Below the pieces are notes generated by a model. The model searched no databases and was not told the origin of the DNA. It saw only the letters and a list, made by a program, of their open reading frames with translations. Source: an uncultured delta proteobacterium (GTDB lineage Bacteria > Desulfobacterota > Syntrophobacteria > BM002). From it: a stretch of 64,000 bases of DNA. This document shows, one piece after another, positions 8,837 to 18,804 of the stretch. Position 1 is the stretch's first letter. Each line of letters opens with the position of its first letter. The stretch spans positions 32,001-96,000 of the forward strand of contig CAVQGX010000020.1 in NCBI GenBank assembly GCA_963712115.1. The letters are read 5' to 3'. The position numbers and the translations under genes are program-made.

Positions 8837-11800
8837 TCACAACAACAAGGCGTCGCACTTGGCAATCAGCTGCCTGTCGGTGAAATGCTGCAAGGAGATA
8901 GCCTTGCCAGGGCATTCCGCCACGCAAGCACCGCAGCCACGACACCCAGCCGGGTCGATGACCGCAGCTCCTTCCTCGCCGATATATGGAACTCCGTAGG
9001 GACAGGTGCGCACGCAGGTCAAACAGACAGCGCACAGATCCGGTTCCACCACCGCCTTTACCGCCTCCAGGGTAATTATATCTTTGGCCAGGACAGTGGC
9101 CGCCCTTGCTGCAGCTGCCTGGGCTTGGGCTATGGATTCATCAATCGGTTTGGGATAATGGGCCAAGCCGCAAAGGAACAGGCCGTCGCTCCCCAGATCA
9201 ACCGGCCGCAGTTTCGCGTGGGCTTCCAGGAAGAAGCCTTCGGCGTTTTGCCCGAGTTTCAGGTGGCCGGCCACCTCTTTCGCCTCATTTGGCAGAATGG
9301 CGGCAGCCAGGACGAGCAGATCAGTGGGAATGATCACCTCACGATCCAAAATAGGATCGTGGACCTGAACCTTCAGCTGCCCATCCCCATTGCTTACCTG
9401 TGGCTTCTTTTCGAGAGAGTAGCGGATAAAGAACACTCCCTTTTCACGAGCCTCCTTGTAAAGATCCTCTCTGAATCCGTAGGTTCGAACATCCCGATAG
9501 AGGATGTAGACATCCATCTCCGGCTTGAGCTCTTTGAGCCTTAATGCACTCTCCATTGAGTGGGTGCAGCAGACTTTGCTGCAGTAAGGCCGCTCCGGCT
9601 CCCTCGAGCCTACACATTGGACAAATACCGCCTTGTCGGCCTTCTTAATGACGGCACCATTTTCTTTCAACAGTCCATCGAAATCCAAATGGGTGAAGAC
9701 CCGGTCGTCCTCCCCGTAGAGGTACTCTGTCGGCTGAAAAGGTTTACCACCTGTAGCTATCACGGTGACGCCGTGCTGAACGGTACTCTTCTGGGCAGGG
9801 TCTTCTGTATTTTCCAGAATTGTCTCAAAATTACCCACAAATCCGGCGTGGCCGCTGACTTTACTCTTAAAATGAACCGTTATCTTTTCGTGTTCTTGCA
9901 CGCGATTGACCAGTTGCTTTAAGAATTGACCGACATCCTCCCTTTTCCAAGTCTCTCGCAATTTCAGCGCATTACCTCCCAACTGGTCGGTCACCTCCGC
10001 CAGATCCACAGGGAATCCCTGGTCTGCCAGGGTGACGGCGGCCACCATGCCTGCAACTCCGCCTCCCACCACCAGAGCTGTCTTGTGGAGGCCGAGGGTA
10101 ACTGGTTGCAGCGGATCGAGCAGTGACGCCCTGGCCACTGCCATGCGCACCAGATCTTTGGCCTTTTCCGTGGCAGCTGGCTTATCTTGCTGATGCACCC
10201 AGGTATTCTGGTCACGAATGTTTGCCATCTCAAAAAGGTAGCGATTAAGTCCAACCTCACGGATGGTCTCTTGAAAGAGAGGCTCATGGGTCCGAGGTGA
10301 GCAAGCCGCCACCACCACTCGGTTGAGGTTGTTCTCTTGGACCGCCTCTCTCAGCCGCTCCTGGGTATCCTGGGAGCAGGTGAACAGGTTCTGGTCCACA
10401 TAGACTACATTGGGCAGTGTCTTGGCATATTCGGCCACAGCAGGAACATCGGCAACTCCGCCAATGTTTATCCCACAGTTGCAGACAAACACCCCCACAC
10501 GGGGATCCTCTCCTGTTACTGCACGTTCGGCGGGAAGCTCCTTAATTGTTGTCATACTATTGCGAGCTTCCTGCAAGGGGGTGGCAGCCGCGGCCGCGGC
10601 TGCGCTGGCCTCCATTACCGAAATGGGGATATCCTTACAATCTCTAAAGGAGCCACACACATAAATGCCGTCTCGGGAAGTTTTCACCGGCTCAAAACTG
10701 GAAGTCTCGGCAAAGTTGTAGTGATTCAGCTCGACATCTAGCCTTCCCGCCAAATCTATGGCGTGCTTGGATGGTTGCAACCCCACCGAAAGCACGATCA
10801 TATCGAATTCTTCGACTTTAATTAGACCGCTCTCATCAGCATATTGAACCTCCAGATTGTCATTATCGGCAGGGTCAATGGAGTGGATGCGGGAACGGAT
10901 GAAACGGACACCGTAATCATTTTTTGCCCGATTGTAATACTTCTCGAAATCCTTCCCGTAAGTACGCATATCCATAAAGAAGATCGCCGTATCCAGGGGC
11001 TCAGCTGAGTGCTCGTTGGCCACAATTGCTTCCTTGATCGCATACATACAGCATACTGCAGAGCAGTAACCGTTGTCGCAATGCTGCACGTTACGGGAGC
11101 CCACGCATTGGAGCCAGGCGATCTTCTGGGGCTCTTTGTGATCAGAAGGCCGGATCATGTGCCCCTGGAAAGGACCAGAGGCGCTGAGGATGCGCTCGAA
11201 TTCTATGCTGGTAACCACATTTGGATGTTTGCCGTAAAGATAGGTATCGATCACCGAGGGATCGAAGGTCTCGGCTCCTGGGGCAAGAATCACCGAGCCC
11301 ACATCCAGGCTGATCTCCTGCTCCTCCATCCAGTGCTCCACCGCCTGGGCCTGACAGGCAGCTACACAGGCGAAACATTCGCAGCAGGCCATGCAGTTGA
11401 GACATTTTGCCGCTTCAGTTTTGGCCTGCTCTTCAGTGAATCCCAACTCCACCTCGGCAAAACCGCCGGTTCTCTCTGCCATGCTAATGTGAGCCTGTTT
11501 GGCCCTGGGGATTTTTTCCATGTCTTCAGAAATGGGAACAAAATTTTCCTGGGGGAACTCAACCGGCTCCCGACCTGCTCCCAGATCTTCACCCCGAAGA
11601 TAGCGGGAAATCGATATGGCCGCTTCTCTACCGTGGGCCACGGCCCCGATGGCCACCCAGGGACCGGTATGGGCATCACCGCCGGCAAACACTCCCTCCA
11701 CATTGGTGGCAAAGGTCACAGCATCAGCTTCAATGGTACCCCAGCGGCTTATCTCCAAGCCCGAAGTATCGGCCAAAAAGGCTGATTCCGGTGTCTGACC

Positions 11801-13285
11801 GATGGCAGGCAGGACCCACTCGGTTTCCACAATAAATTCACTGCCAGGAACCGGCACCGGCCGTCTTCTGCCAGAAGAGTCCGGCTCTCCCAGTTCCATC
11901 TTGATGCACTGAACGCCGATCACCTTGTTGCCTTTGGTGAGAATCTGCTGGGGCGCGGTAAGATATTGGATGTCTATGCCTTCAGTCAAAGCATCCTCCA
12001 CCTCGTATTCGTAAGCCGGCATCTCAGCTCGAGTACGGCGATACAGGATGGTTACCTTGTCAGCCCCCAAACGCAAAGCAGAGCGGGCCGTATCAATGGC
12101 CACATTGCCACCGCCTACGATCACCGCCCTTCCTTCAAGCTTGGTTAGTTCACCCAGATTGACCCGGCGGAGAAAATCTACACTGGAAAGAACGCCCTCT
12201 CCGTCCTCGCCGGGAATGTTAAGTTGCAGGTCCTTGTGGGCACCGATGGCGAGGTAAACTGCCTTGTAGCCCTCTTTGAAAAGACCATCTATGGTCACAT
12301 CCCGACCCAAGGCAGTATTTAGCTTTATCTCCACGCCCAGACGGGTTATGGCCCTAATCTCCTTGTCCAAAACCTCAGGGGGCAAGCGATAGTCAGGAAT
12401 ACCCAAGCGCAACATGCCTCCGGCAACTGACTGAGCCTCGAACACAGTTGACTCATATCCCTCCAGGGCAAGAAAATGGGCAGCAGTAAGCCCCGCAGGA
12501 CCCGAGCCAATGATGGCCACCTTCTCATCCCGCCTTTCAATCTCAGGCAGAGGAATATCTTCAATGTCCACCTGATCAGCCACAAAACGCTTCAGGGCAC
12601 AAATGGAAATGGGTTCATCCACCTCACCCCGCCTGCAGGCTGCCTCACAAGGGTGGGGGCAGATGCGACCTATGGTTCCAGGGAAGGGCAGGGTCCTGAG
12701 GATGACCTCCATGGCCTCCCGGTATTTGCCCTGGGCAATGAGGGCCACATAAGCGTGAGCGTTTACATGATTGGGGCAACCATTGGTACAGGGGGAGCGA
12801 TCACGCTTGTCTATCATGTATCCCCCTGGGATGGCCTGAGCGTAGGGTTTGTAGGTGGCCTTCCTGGGCCCAATGGACTCGTCGAACTCGCTGGGCATAG
12901 TCACCGGACAAACCTCGGTGCAATCACCGCAACCGGTGCACTTATCCAGACTTATGTACCTGGGTCTCTGCCGAACTTTGACCTGTAAGTTTCCTTGTTC
13001 ACCGCTGACGCTTTCTAGCTCGGCGCAGGTGAGCAGGTTGATATTTGGATGCTGCCCACATTCCACCAATTTGGGGGATATGATGCACATGGAGCAATCA
13101 TTGGTGGGAAAGGTCTTGTCCAACTGGGCCATAATGCCACCGATGGCAGGGGACTTTTCCACCAGGTAAACAAAAAAACCGGAATTTGCCAGGTCCAAAG
13201 CCGCCTGGATTCCGGCGATGCCTCCGCCTGCTACCATAACCGAGCCTACCACACCGTTTCCTGAACGGGCCTTTTCAGCGCACAT
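8837..13285 (-). CDS. hdrA: Large HdrA-like flavoprotein (HdrL type) with an inserted GltD/NAD(P)H-binding module
   Basis: GGGIAG...DKTFPTNDCSMC HdrA N-terminus; GltD-like block (GRICPHPCEAACRR, IIGSGPAG, GIPDYRLP, GGGNVAID); two HdrA cores (QCVGSR...CSAVCC / CSKVCC, ACSPRTHE); C-terminal ferredoxin motifs. Start placed at ATG 13285 after AGGAG. Confidence 0.92.
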   Translation of the reverse strand: MCAEKARSGNGVVGSVMVAGGGIAGIQAALDLANSGFFVYLVEKSPAIGGIMAQLDKTFPTNDCSMCIISPKLVECGQHPNINLLTCAELESVSGEQGNLQVKVRQRPRYISLDKCTGCGDCTEVCPVTMPSEFDESIGPRKATYKPYAQAIPGGYMIDKRDRSPCTNGCPNHVNAHAYVALIAQGKYREAMEVILRTLPFPGTIGRICPHPCEAACRRGEVDEPISICALKRFVADQVDIEDIPLPEIERRDEKVAIIGSGPAGLTAAHFLALEGYESTVFEAQSVAGGMLRLGIPDYRLPPEVLDKEIRAITRLGVEIKLNTALGRDVTIDGLFKEGYKAVYLAIGAHKDLQLNIPGEDGEGVLSSVDFLRRVNLGELTKLEGRAVIVGGGNVAIDTARSALRLGADKVTILYRRTRAEMPAYEYEVEDALTEGIDIQYLTAPQQILTKGNKVIGVQCIKMELGEPDSSGRRRPVPVPGSEFIVETEWVLPAIGQTPESAFLADTSGLEISRWGTIEADAVTFATNVEGVFAGGDAHTGPWVAIGAVAHGREAAISISRYLRGEDLGAGREPVEFPQENFVPISEDMEKIPRAKQAHISMAERTGGFAEVELGFTEEQAKTEAAKCLNCMACCECFACVAACQAQAVEHWMEEQEISLDVGSVILAPGAETFDPSVIDTYLYGKHPNVVTSIEFERILSASGPFQGHMIRPSDHKEPQKIAWLQCVGSRNVQHCDNGYCSAVCCMYAIKEAIVANEHSAEPLDTAIFFMDMRTYGKDFEKYYNRAKNDYGVRFIRSRIHSIDPADNDNLEVQYADESGLIKVEEFDMIVLSVGLQPSKHAIDLAGRLDVELNHYNFAETSSFEPVKTSRDGIYVCGSFRDCKDIPISVMEASAAAAAAATPLQEARNSMTTIKELPAERAVTGEDPRVGVFVCNCGINIGGVADVPAVAEYAKTLPNVVYVDQNLFTCSQDTQERLREAVQENNLNRVVVAACSPRTHEPLFQETIREVGLNRYLFEMANIRDQNTWVHQQDKPAATEKAKDLVRMAVARASLLDPLQPVTLGLHKTALVVGGGVAGMVAAVTLADQGFPVDLAEVTDQLGGNALKLRETWKREDVGQFLKQLVNRVQEHEKITVHFKSKVSGHAGFVGNFETILENTEDPAQKSTVQHGVTVIATGGKPFQPTEYLYGEDDRVFTHLDFDGLLKENGAVIKKADKAVFVQCVGSREPERPYCSKVCCTHSMESALRLKELKPEMDVYILYRDVRTYGFREDLYKEAREKGVFFIRYSLEKKPQVSNGDGQLKVQVHDPILDREVIIPTDLLVLAAAILPNEAKEVAGHLKLGQNAEGFFLEAHAKLRPVDLGSDGLFLCGLAHYPKPIDESIAQAQAAAARAATVLAKDIITLEAVKAVVEPDLCAVCLTCVRTCPYGVPYIGEEGAAVIDPAGCRGCGACVAECPGKAISLQHFTDRQLIAKCDALLL

Positions 13286-13661
13286 CTGCAACACTCCTGT
13301 AAAATCTTACTCTTGGCTGAGGGTTCTTAGGTATGATTATCAAGATGTTATCCAAACTACTCAGGGGCATAAATTGGAAAGGCGCTCTATTATAACTCAA
13401 AACACACGTGAAGAAAAGAACATATTATGTTACTTGTAAATTAAAATGACAAGTCTGTTACAGAATCGTCAAAAGTCGGTTCCTCAAAAAATGATTTGGT
13501 TGAATGTCTGCAAGATCTATAAAATGAGTGATACACAACGGCCGGAATGGCCCCTGCAAGGGACTTTAGTGCTTCTTCCCTTACGAGGGCATGACTCTTA
13601 TCTTTCTTGGAAAGACTGGAGCTTTTCTGGCCTGCGTTCTTGGAGTGAAATGGCCCTCTAC

Positions 13662-13690
13662 TTAATAGATAATTCCCCCTTACCTGTCAA
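13662..13690 (-). promoter_or_regulatory. Putative sigma70 promoter for the hdrA-mvhD-metVF operon
   Basis: TTGACA-17 nt-TATTAA on the minus strand. Confidence 0.5.
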
Positions 13691-13826
13691 GGGGAAAGCC
13701 GGTAAAACTGGCTGACACTGAATCGCGGCTAGCCTCCCGCATAAAGGGCCGACGCCCAGGAAGTAAAGCCGCACCCGCAAAGACAAGGTCTCTTCACTTA
13801 CCCCGTATGAAGAGAAAATACTACAC

Positions 13827-13892
13827 GCATAGCGCAGCACTTAGAGCTCTCAAATAATGCACTCCAACCACTACGCTATGCTCTATGCGCTA
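13827..13892. repeat. Inverted heptamer element (gcatagcgca ... cgctatgctctatgcgcta) overlapping the folD stop
   Basis: agagcat/agcgcat family, also at 22716-22790, 39908, 57071-57141 and 61766. Confidence 0.6.
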
Positions 13893-14777
13893 TATAAGCT
13901 TATTGTGAACCTTGCAAGCGTGAACCGTATTTTTCATCAGCATGGTGATGGTCATGGGGCCAACGCCGCCCGGCACCGGGGTGATTGCTGAGGCCACTTC
14001 AGATGCCTCGTCAAAAGCCACATCACCTTTTAGTATGCGCTTGCCGTCTGCGGTCCGCCCCACTTCGTTGACTCCCACATCAATGACTACCGCCCCGGGC
14101 TTGATCATGTTGCCCTTGATGTATTCCGGCACACCGGCGGCAACAATCAGGATATCGGCCCGTTTGGTATGGAAGGCCACATCCTTGGTGCGGGTGTGCA
14201 CAACGGTGACGGTGGCATTGGCAGCGGGTCCCTTCTGCATAAGCATGGCGGCAATGGGCTTGCCCACTATGTTGGAACGGCCAACTACCACTACCTCCGC
14301 CCCCTCAACCGGGGCGCCGGAGCGAGCGAGCAACTCCTGGATACCGAAGGGAGTGCAGGGACTGTAGTAGGGGTTACCTATCAAGAGTTTGCCCACATTG
14401 GTGGGGTGGAAACCGTCCACATCCTTGTCCGGGTCTATGGACAGAAGTACTCTCTGATCGTTAATGTGTTTGGGCAGGGGAAGTTGCACCAAGATGCCAT
14501 GGATTTCTGGATCCTTGTTGTACTTGTCGATGAGACCAAGTAGGGCTTCCTCGCCCAGGTCAGCAGGCTGATTATCCTGGATGGAATGAAAACCGAGCTC
14601 GTGGGCGGTCTTCTGCTTGGCGCGGACATAGCTCTCGGAAGCCGGGTCTTCGCCCACCAAAATGGTGACCAGACCGGGTGTTACCCCATGCTTCGCCTTT
14701 AGCTCGTCTACCTCTTTCTTGAGTTGCTCGCGGATCTCTTTGGCGACTTCAGCGCCTTTGAGCAGTTTAGCAGCCAT
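13890..14777 (-). CDS. folD: Methylene-THF dehydrogenase/cyclohydrolase
   Basis: PGLVTILVGEDPAS, HGILVQLPLP, KDVDGFHP, GRSNIVGKP, TPVPGGVGPMT; start at ATG 14777 after GGAGGAGG. Confidence 0.96.
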   Translation of the reverse strand: MAAKLLKGAEVAKEIREQLKKEVDELKAKHGVTPGLVTILVGEDPASESYVRAKQKTAHELGFHSIQDNQPADLGEEALLGLIDKYNKDPEIHGILVQLPLPKHINDQRVLLSIDPDKDVDGFHPTNVGKLLIGNPYYSPCTPFGIQELLARSGAPVEGAEVVVVGRSNIVGKPIAAMLMQKGPAANATVTVVHTRTKDVAFHTKRADILIVAAGVPEYIKGNMIKPGAVVIDVGVNEVGRTADGKRILKGDVAFDEASEVASAITPVPGGVGPMTITMLMKNTVHACKVHNKLI

Positions 14778-14790
14778 AACCTCCTCCTTC

Positions 14791-14828
14791 AAAAAAAGGC
14801 GAGGCAGGGCGATGGTGCCCTGCCTGCC
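14791..14828 (-). terminator. Terminator-like hairpin between fhs and folD
   Basis: Minus strand: ggcaggcagggc-accatc-gccctgcctcgcc followed by TTTTTTT, immediately before the folD RBS. Confidence 0.65.
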
Positions 14829-14934
14829 AACTTCAGACAACCTTGAACTGGATCTGTTTTCCAGTTCCCTGTCCGTGTTTGTCTACCTTCAGGACCGATC
14901 TTCCCTGAGGGACGGCCTTCTCAGGCAAACTCCC

Positions 14935-16698
14935 CTAGAACAGTCCGGTGACCTTGCCGGTGTCAACATCCACATCCACCTTGCGGAAGGCCGGGTTGGA
15001 GCTGGTTCCCGGCATCAGACTGATGGTACCGCAGCAGGGGCAGAGGAACTTGGCGCCCGAGAAGATCAAGACGTCGCGAACGGGAAGAGTCCACCCCTTG
15101 GGCGTACCCTTCACCGCCGGATCGTGGGTTAGGGAAAGATGGGTCTTCACCATCATGGTGGTGTAGTCATCGTACTTGGGATCGGACTCGAGCATCTTGG
15201 CCTTGGCCTCGGCATCAGGAGTCCAGGCCACACCATCGGCACCGTAGACGTTCTTGGCGATGGTCTCGACCCGTTCACGGAGCTTCATTTCCAGGGGGTA
15301 GAGGAACTTGAAATCGGCCTTCTCCTCGCAAGCCTCGATGACCGCATCGGCATACTCCAGAGCGCCGTCGCCGCCATCGGCCCAGTGGGTAGAAACTGCG
15401 CAGCGGGCTCCAGCTTCCTCAGCATACTTGCGCACCAGGGCGATTTCGTCCTTGGTGTCGGTGTGGAAGCAGTTAATGCAGACCACCGGGTTGATGCCGG
15501 ACATTCTGATGGTGTTGATGTGGTGCACCATGTTGGCCACACCCTGTTCCAGCAATTTTAGATCTTCTTTCCTGTACTCGTCGGGAAGGGCCAAGCCGGC
15601 CACCACCTTGGGTCCGCCGCCGTGCATCTTCAGAGCGCGGATGGTGGTGGTGAGCACGGATACGTGGGGCTTCAAACCGCTGTAGCGGCACTTGACGTTC
15701 CAGAACTTCTCAAAGCCGATATCAGCACCGAAGCCGGACTCGGTGAGGTGGTAGTCAAACATCTTGAGTCCAATGCGGTCGGCGATGATGGAGCTCTGGC
15801 CCACGGCGATGTTGGCGAAGGGGCCAGCATGAACCAACAGGGGCTGATACTCCACCGTGGAGCACAGGGTGGGGTTGATGGTGTTTCGCATCCAGGCGGT
15901 CATGGCATTTCCCACTTCCAGATCGCCGGTGGTCACCACCTTGCCCCGCTTGTCAAAGGCAACGGTAATGTTATTCAGTTTTTCACGCAGATCCGGGAGA
16001 TCCCGCACGATGGAGAGGATGGCCATAAGCTCGGAGCTTACCGCAATGCCGAACCTGGACTGCATCATAAAGCCGTCCATGCGTCCACCCAAGCCGATGA
16101 TGATATTCCGCAGGGACTGGGCGCAAAGATCCATAATCCACCCCATCTCCACCCGGGTGGGATCGATGTCAAGCCGCTTCATTTTCGTCAAGCGAGCAAG
16201 CTGCTCGTCATTGTAGTTGCGCTCGTGCTGCATCCTGGCGGTAAGCGCAACCATGGCCAGGTTGTGGGCGTTCATGATGTCATTGATGTCGCCGGTGAGG
16301 CCGGTGGAAAACTCCGTCAGGGGAATAATCAGGGCATTGCCGCCGCCAGCAGCGCTCCCCTTGATATTCATGGTGGGGCCGCCAGAGGGTTGCCTAATAC
16401 AGCCGCCCACATTCACCTTCCGCTTGCCCAGACCTTCCATGAGGCCTATGGTGCTGGTGCTCTTACCCTCACCTAGCGGGGTAGGGGTAATGGCGGTAAC
16501 CTCGATGTACTTGCCATCGGGTTGGTCCTTGAGCCGATCCATGATCTTCATGAAGTCTAATTTGCACAATCTTCCCATTGGCAGGATTTCGTCCTTTTCC
16601 AGGCCCATCTTTTCCCGCCATTCATCGGGAGTAGGCATGTTCTTTTCAGACTCTTCCGAGATCTGCCAATCTTGCATCTTTACTGCATCGTAAGCCAT
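14935..16698 (-). CDS. fhs: Formate-tetrahydrofolate ligase
   Basis: [57 protein letters not shown]. Confidence 0.97.
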   Translation of the reverse strand: MAYDAVKMQDWQISEESEKNMPTPDEWREKMGLEKDEILPMGRLCKLDFMKIMDRLKDQPDGKYIEVTAITPTPLGEGKSTSTIGLMEGLGKRKVNVGGCIRQPSGGPTMNIKGSAAGGGNALIIPLTEFSTGLTGDINDIMNAHNLAMVALTARMQHERNYNDEQLARLTKMKRLDIDPTRVEMGWIMDLCAQSLRNIIIGLGGRMDGFMMQSRFGIAVSSELMAILSIVRDLPDLREKLNNITVAFDKRGKVVTTGDLEVGNAMTAWMRNTINPTLCSTVEYQPLLVHAGPFANIAVGQSSIIADRIGLKMFDYHLTESGFGADIGFEKFWNVKCRYSGLKPHVSVLTTTIRALKMHGGGPKVVAGLALPDEYRKEDLKLLEQGVANMVHHINTIRMSGINPVVCINCFHTDTKDEIALVRKYAEEAGARCAVSTHWADGGDGALEYADAVIEACEEKADFKFLYPLEMKLRERVETIAKNVYGADGVAWTPDAEAKAKMLESDPKYDDYTTMMVKTHLSLTHDPAVKGTPKGWTLPVRDVLIFSGAKFLCPCCGTISLMPGTSSNPAFRKVDVDVDTGKVTGLF

Positions 16699-17375
16699 AG
16701 GAACCTCCTTACCTCCTTGGTTAGTTTAAATGCTCTTACAGGCATCATGGTGTAATAACCTGTTTACTGCCGTCATCACCTCCTTTTGCCAATATTATTA
16801 AAAAACTGTGTCTTGTTCCGGTGCCATAACGGTTTAACCTACCAAGAACCTGCAAACATAGACCGTCTAGAGCGTAAGGCACCGCAAATAGACAATTCTC
16901 TACGACCTAGAATTATGGTTGGGGATTTTGGGGTTAGAACTCCAGGTTTAGAGGCGCAAATAACTTCTGCCTTTACACACCTATAGTATCTGCCTGTGTT
17001 TAGCGACCAACTAGAATCACGGCACGGACAGGTTTTAAGGCATTTGCTCTTGTCTGATAAGCTCAAACAAAATGGTGCGAACGAAAACCAAAGAACACTT
17101 TTGGAGGATTGGTAGCAGGGCTACCTAATGAGAAAATACATTTTTTCACATTGTTTATCAGAGATTTATGTCAGGTAAAACTTTTTGTCAAGCCAAAAAT
17201 GAATTCACCTGGCTAGCTGAGCCTAGAGAGCGCAAAAAATCCGTTGAATTTTGAGGTGTTTTTCTCTATAGTAGCCACCAGATTCCTATAGAGAAATCAA
17301 TGAGTTTATAAAGTTATCACCTTCCACCAGCTTCCGGATTACCAAGCTAAACTGGTGGGGAAAAGAGGTTTGCCC
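16699..17375. other. Candidate replication-origin / divergent promoter region
   Basis: Long non-coding spacer upstream of dnaA-dnaN-gyrB-gyrA where coding strand switches. Possible dnaA promoter TTGAAT-17-TATAGT at 17244-17272. No perfect TTATCCACA box was spotted by eye. Confidence 0.4.
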
Positions 17376-18713
17376 ATGGACTCCCTGTGGCCCCAGGTGC
17401 GCAGGGTTCTGAAAGAAACTCTAAGCTCTGAGCAGTTTCTGCAGTGGATTGAGGTCCTGAAGGTTACTACCCTTCAAAGCGGCCACCTTGTATTGCAGGC
17501 TCCCAGCCGATTCCATTACTACTGGATTCAAGAACATTACCTTTCAACCATCCAAGCATGCTGCCGAAAGGTGGATAGCAGTATAAGGGTCATCCTGCAA
17601 ATGCCTGATGGTCGGCGCAAATCCTCTCAAGGGGCTCATCCATCTCTTGGCAATGTTCCACTAGTTACAGTCTTTGATGGCGCTCAGACTTTCGAAACCT
17701 ATGTAGTTGCTCCCTTTAACCGCTTTGCCTATGCTGCAGCCAGAGATCTCTGTAGGGACCTTGCCCCCAAATTCAATCCTTTATTCATTGAGGGCCCTCC
17801 TGGGTTGGGCAAAACCCATCTTCTCCACGCTATCGGCAATGGTTGGCAAGCCGACAGCGATGGGGAAGTAGCCTATATGAGTTGCAGGAATCTCCTGGTT
17901 TACGGTCCGGCTCTACCCCCCATTCCTTATGATGTACTCTGGCAAACCCTCGGTACCGTCAAGATTCTTTTGGTTGATGATATCCACCAATTGCCCGCTG
18001 AAGGCAACTTCCAGAGACAGATGCGAGAGATTTTTAACTGGTGCTATGACTCTGGCACCCAGATGGTTTTTGCCGCCACTCGCTTGCCGCACCAGATTCC
18101 AAATCTAACCCTAGGCCTTCGCTCTCGCTTAGGCTGGGGCCTAATAGCGCGAATAAGAGAGCCCGACTTAGAAGGTTGCTATCAGGTGATTGAGTCTTTT
18201 TTAGGTGAAAGTAAGGTACCTATTTCCCACGATATTTTACGTTATCTCTCAGAGCAAGGTCCTCTCAATTTTCACGAGATTAAAGACTTTGTAGAAAAGT
18301 TGCAAGAGATTGTTGAAAAAGAAGGCGCTCTCCCAAGCCTCAAAGATAGATCTCTGGCTATCCACGGAGATGTATCCCCGAGACCGGAGAGGTTATCCAT
18401 TCATGCTATTCAAAAGGAAGTTTGCCATGCCTACGGCGTATCATTAGAGGCTTTGCCAGGAGCAACCAAAGCTCGGCCCCTGGTGATCGCCCGGCAAGTT
18501 GGCATGTATCTCGGCAGAAAGCTTACTGGCTCCACCTATGCTTCAATTGGTGCTTCTTTTGGAGGAAGGGATCATTCTACGGTGATCTATGCATGCCGAA
18601 AGGTGCGAGGCGAGATGAGAAGAAATCGTGCCTTTGCCGAGCGAATCGTCGAAATTGAAAAAAGATTATTAGATTCTTACAAGGAAAAATCTATTGTAAA
18701 TTCAAATTCTTAA
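17376..18713 (+). CDS. dnaA: Chromosomal replication initiator DnaA (divergent)
   Basis: FNPLFIEGPPGLGKTHLLHAIGN, LLVDDI, LRSRLGWGL, RQVGMYL, FGGRDHSTVIYA; directly upstream of dnaN. Confidence 0.88.
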   Translation: MDSLWPQVRRVLKETLSSEQFLQWIEVLKVTTLQSGHLVLQAPSRFHYYWIQEHYLSTIQACCRKVDSSIRVILQMPDGRRKSSQGAHPSLGNVPLVTVFDGAQTFETYVVAPFNRFAYAAARDLCRDLAPKFNPLFIEGPPGLGKTHLLHAIGNGWQADSDGEVAYMSCRNLLVYGPALPPIPYDVLWQTLGTVKILLVDDIHQLPAEGNFQRQMREIFNWCYDSGTQMVFAATRLPHQIPNLTLGLRSRLGWGLIARIREPDLEGCYQVIESFLGESKVPISHDILRYLSEQGPLNFHEIKDFVEKLQEIVEKEGALPSLKDRSLAIHGDVSPRPERLSIHAIQKEVCHAYGVSLEALPGATKARPLVIARQVGMYLGRKLTGSTYASIGASFGGRDHSTVIYACRKVRGEMRRNRAFAERIVEIEKRLLDSYKEKSIVNSNS

Positions 18714-18804
18714 TCATACTATTTACAAATTTACAGACCTTATAATTAAAATTAGAAATACTACTTTAATATAAATAATCAAAGTTTGTTACCAAGGAGG
18801 AATA

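Noticed and set aside
13080-13110. Selenocysteine in the HdrA N-terminal DCxxC motif
   Set aside because: The codon is TGC (Cys) and the frame is open.
13747-13760. ZTP (pfl) riboswitch 3' motif suggested by ggccgacgcccagg
   Set aside because: It does not match GCCG-x-x-CGCCUGGGC in the sense orientation, and the 5' GUGACUGG element is missing.
15622-16476. Long antisense ORFs (e.g. 15622..16476, 60619..61485, 11009..11785, 8807..9544, 58800..59558)
   Set aside because: Shadows of well-conserved genes with strong codon bias on the opposite strand; no motifs or RBS.
16699-17375. rpmH/rnpA, or a small ORF or riboswitch upstream of fhs
   Set aside because: No MKRT-type L34 frame on the minus strand; the tracked ORFs 16786..16986 and 16839..17066 lack recognisable motifs; no ZTP or THF riboswitch consensus recognised.
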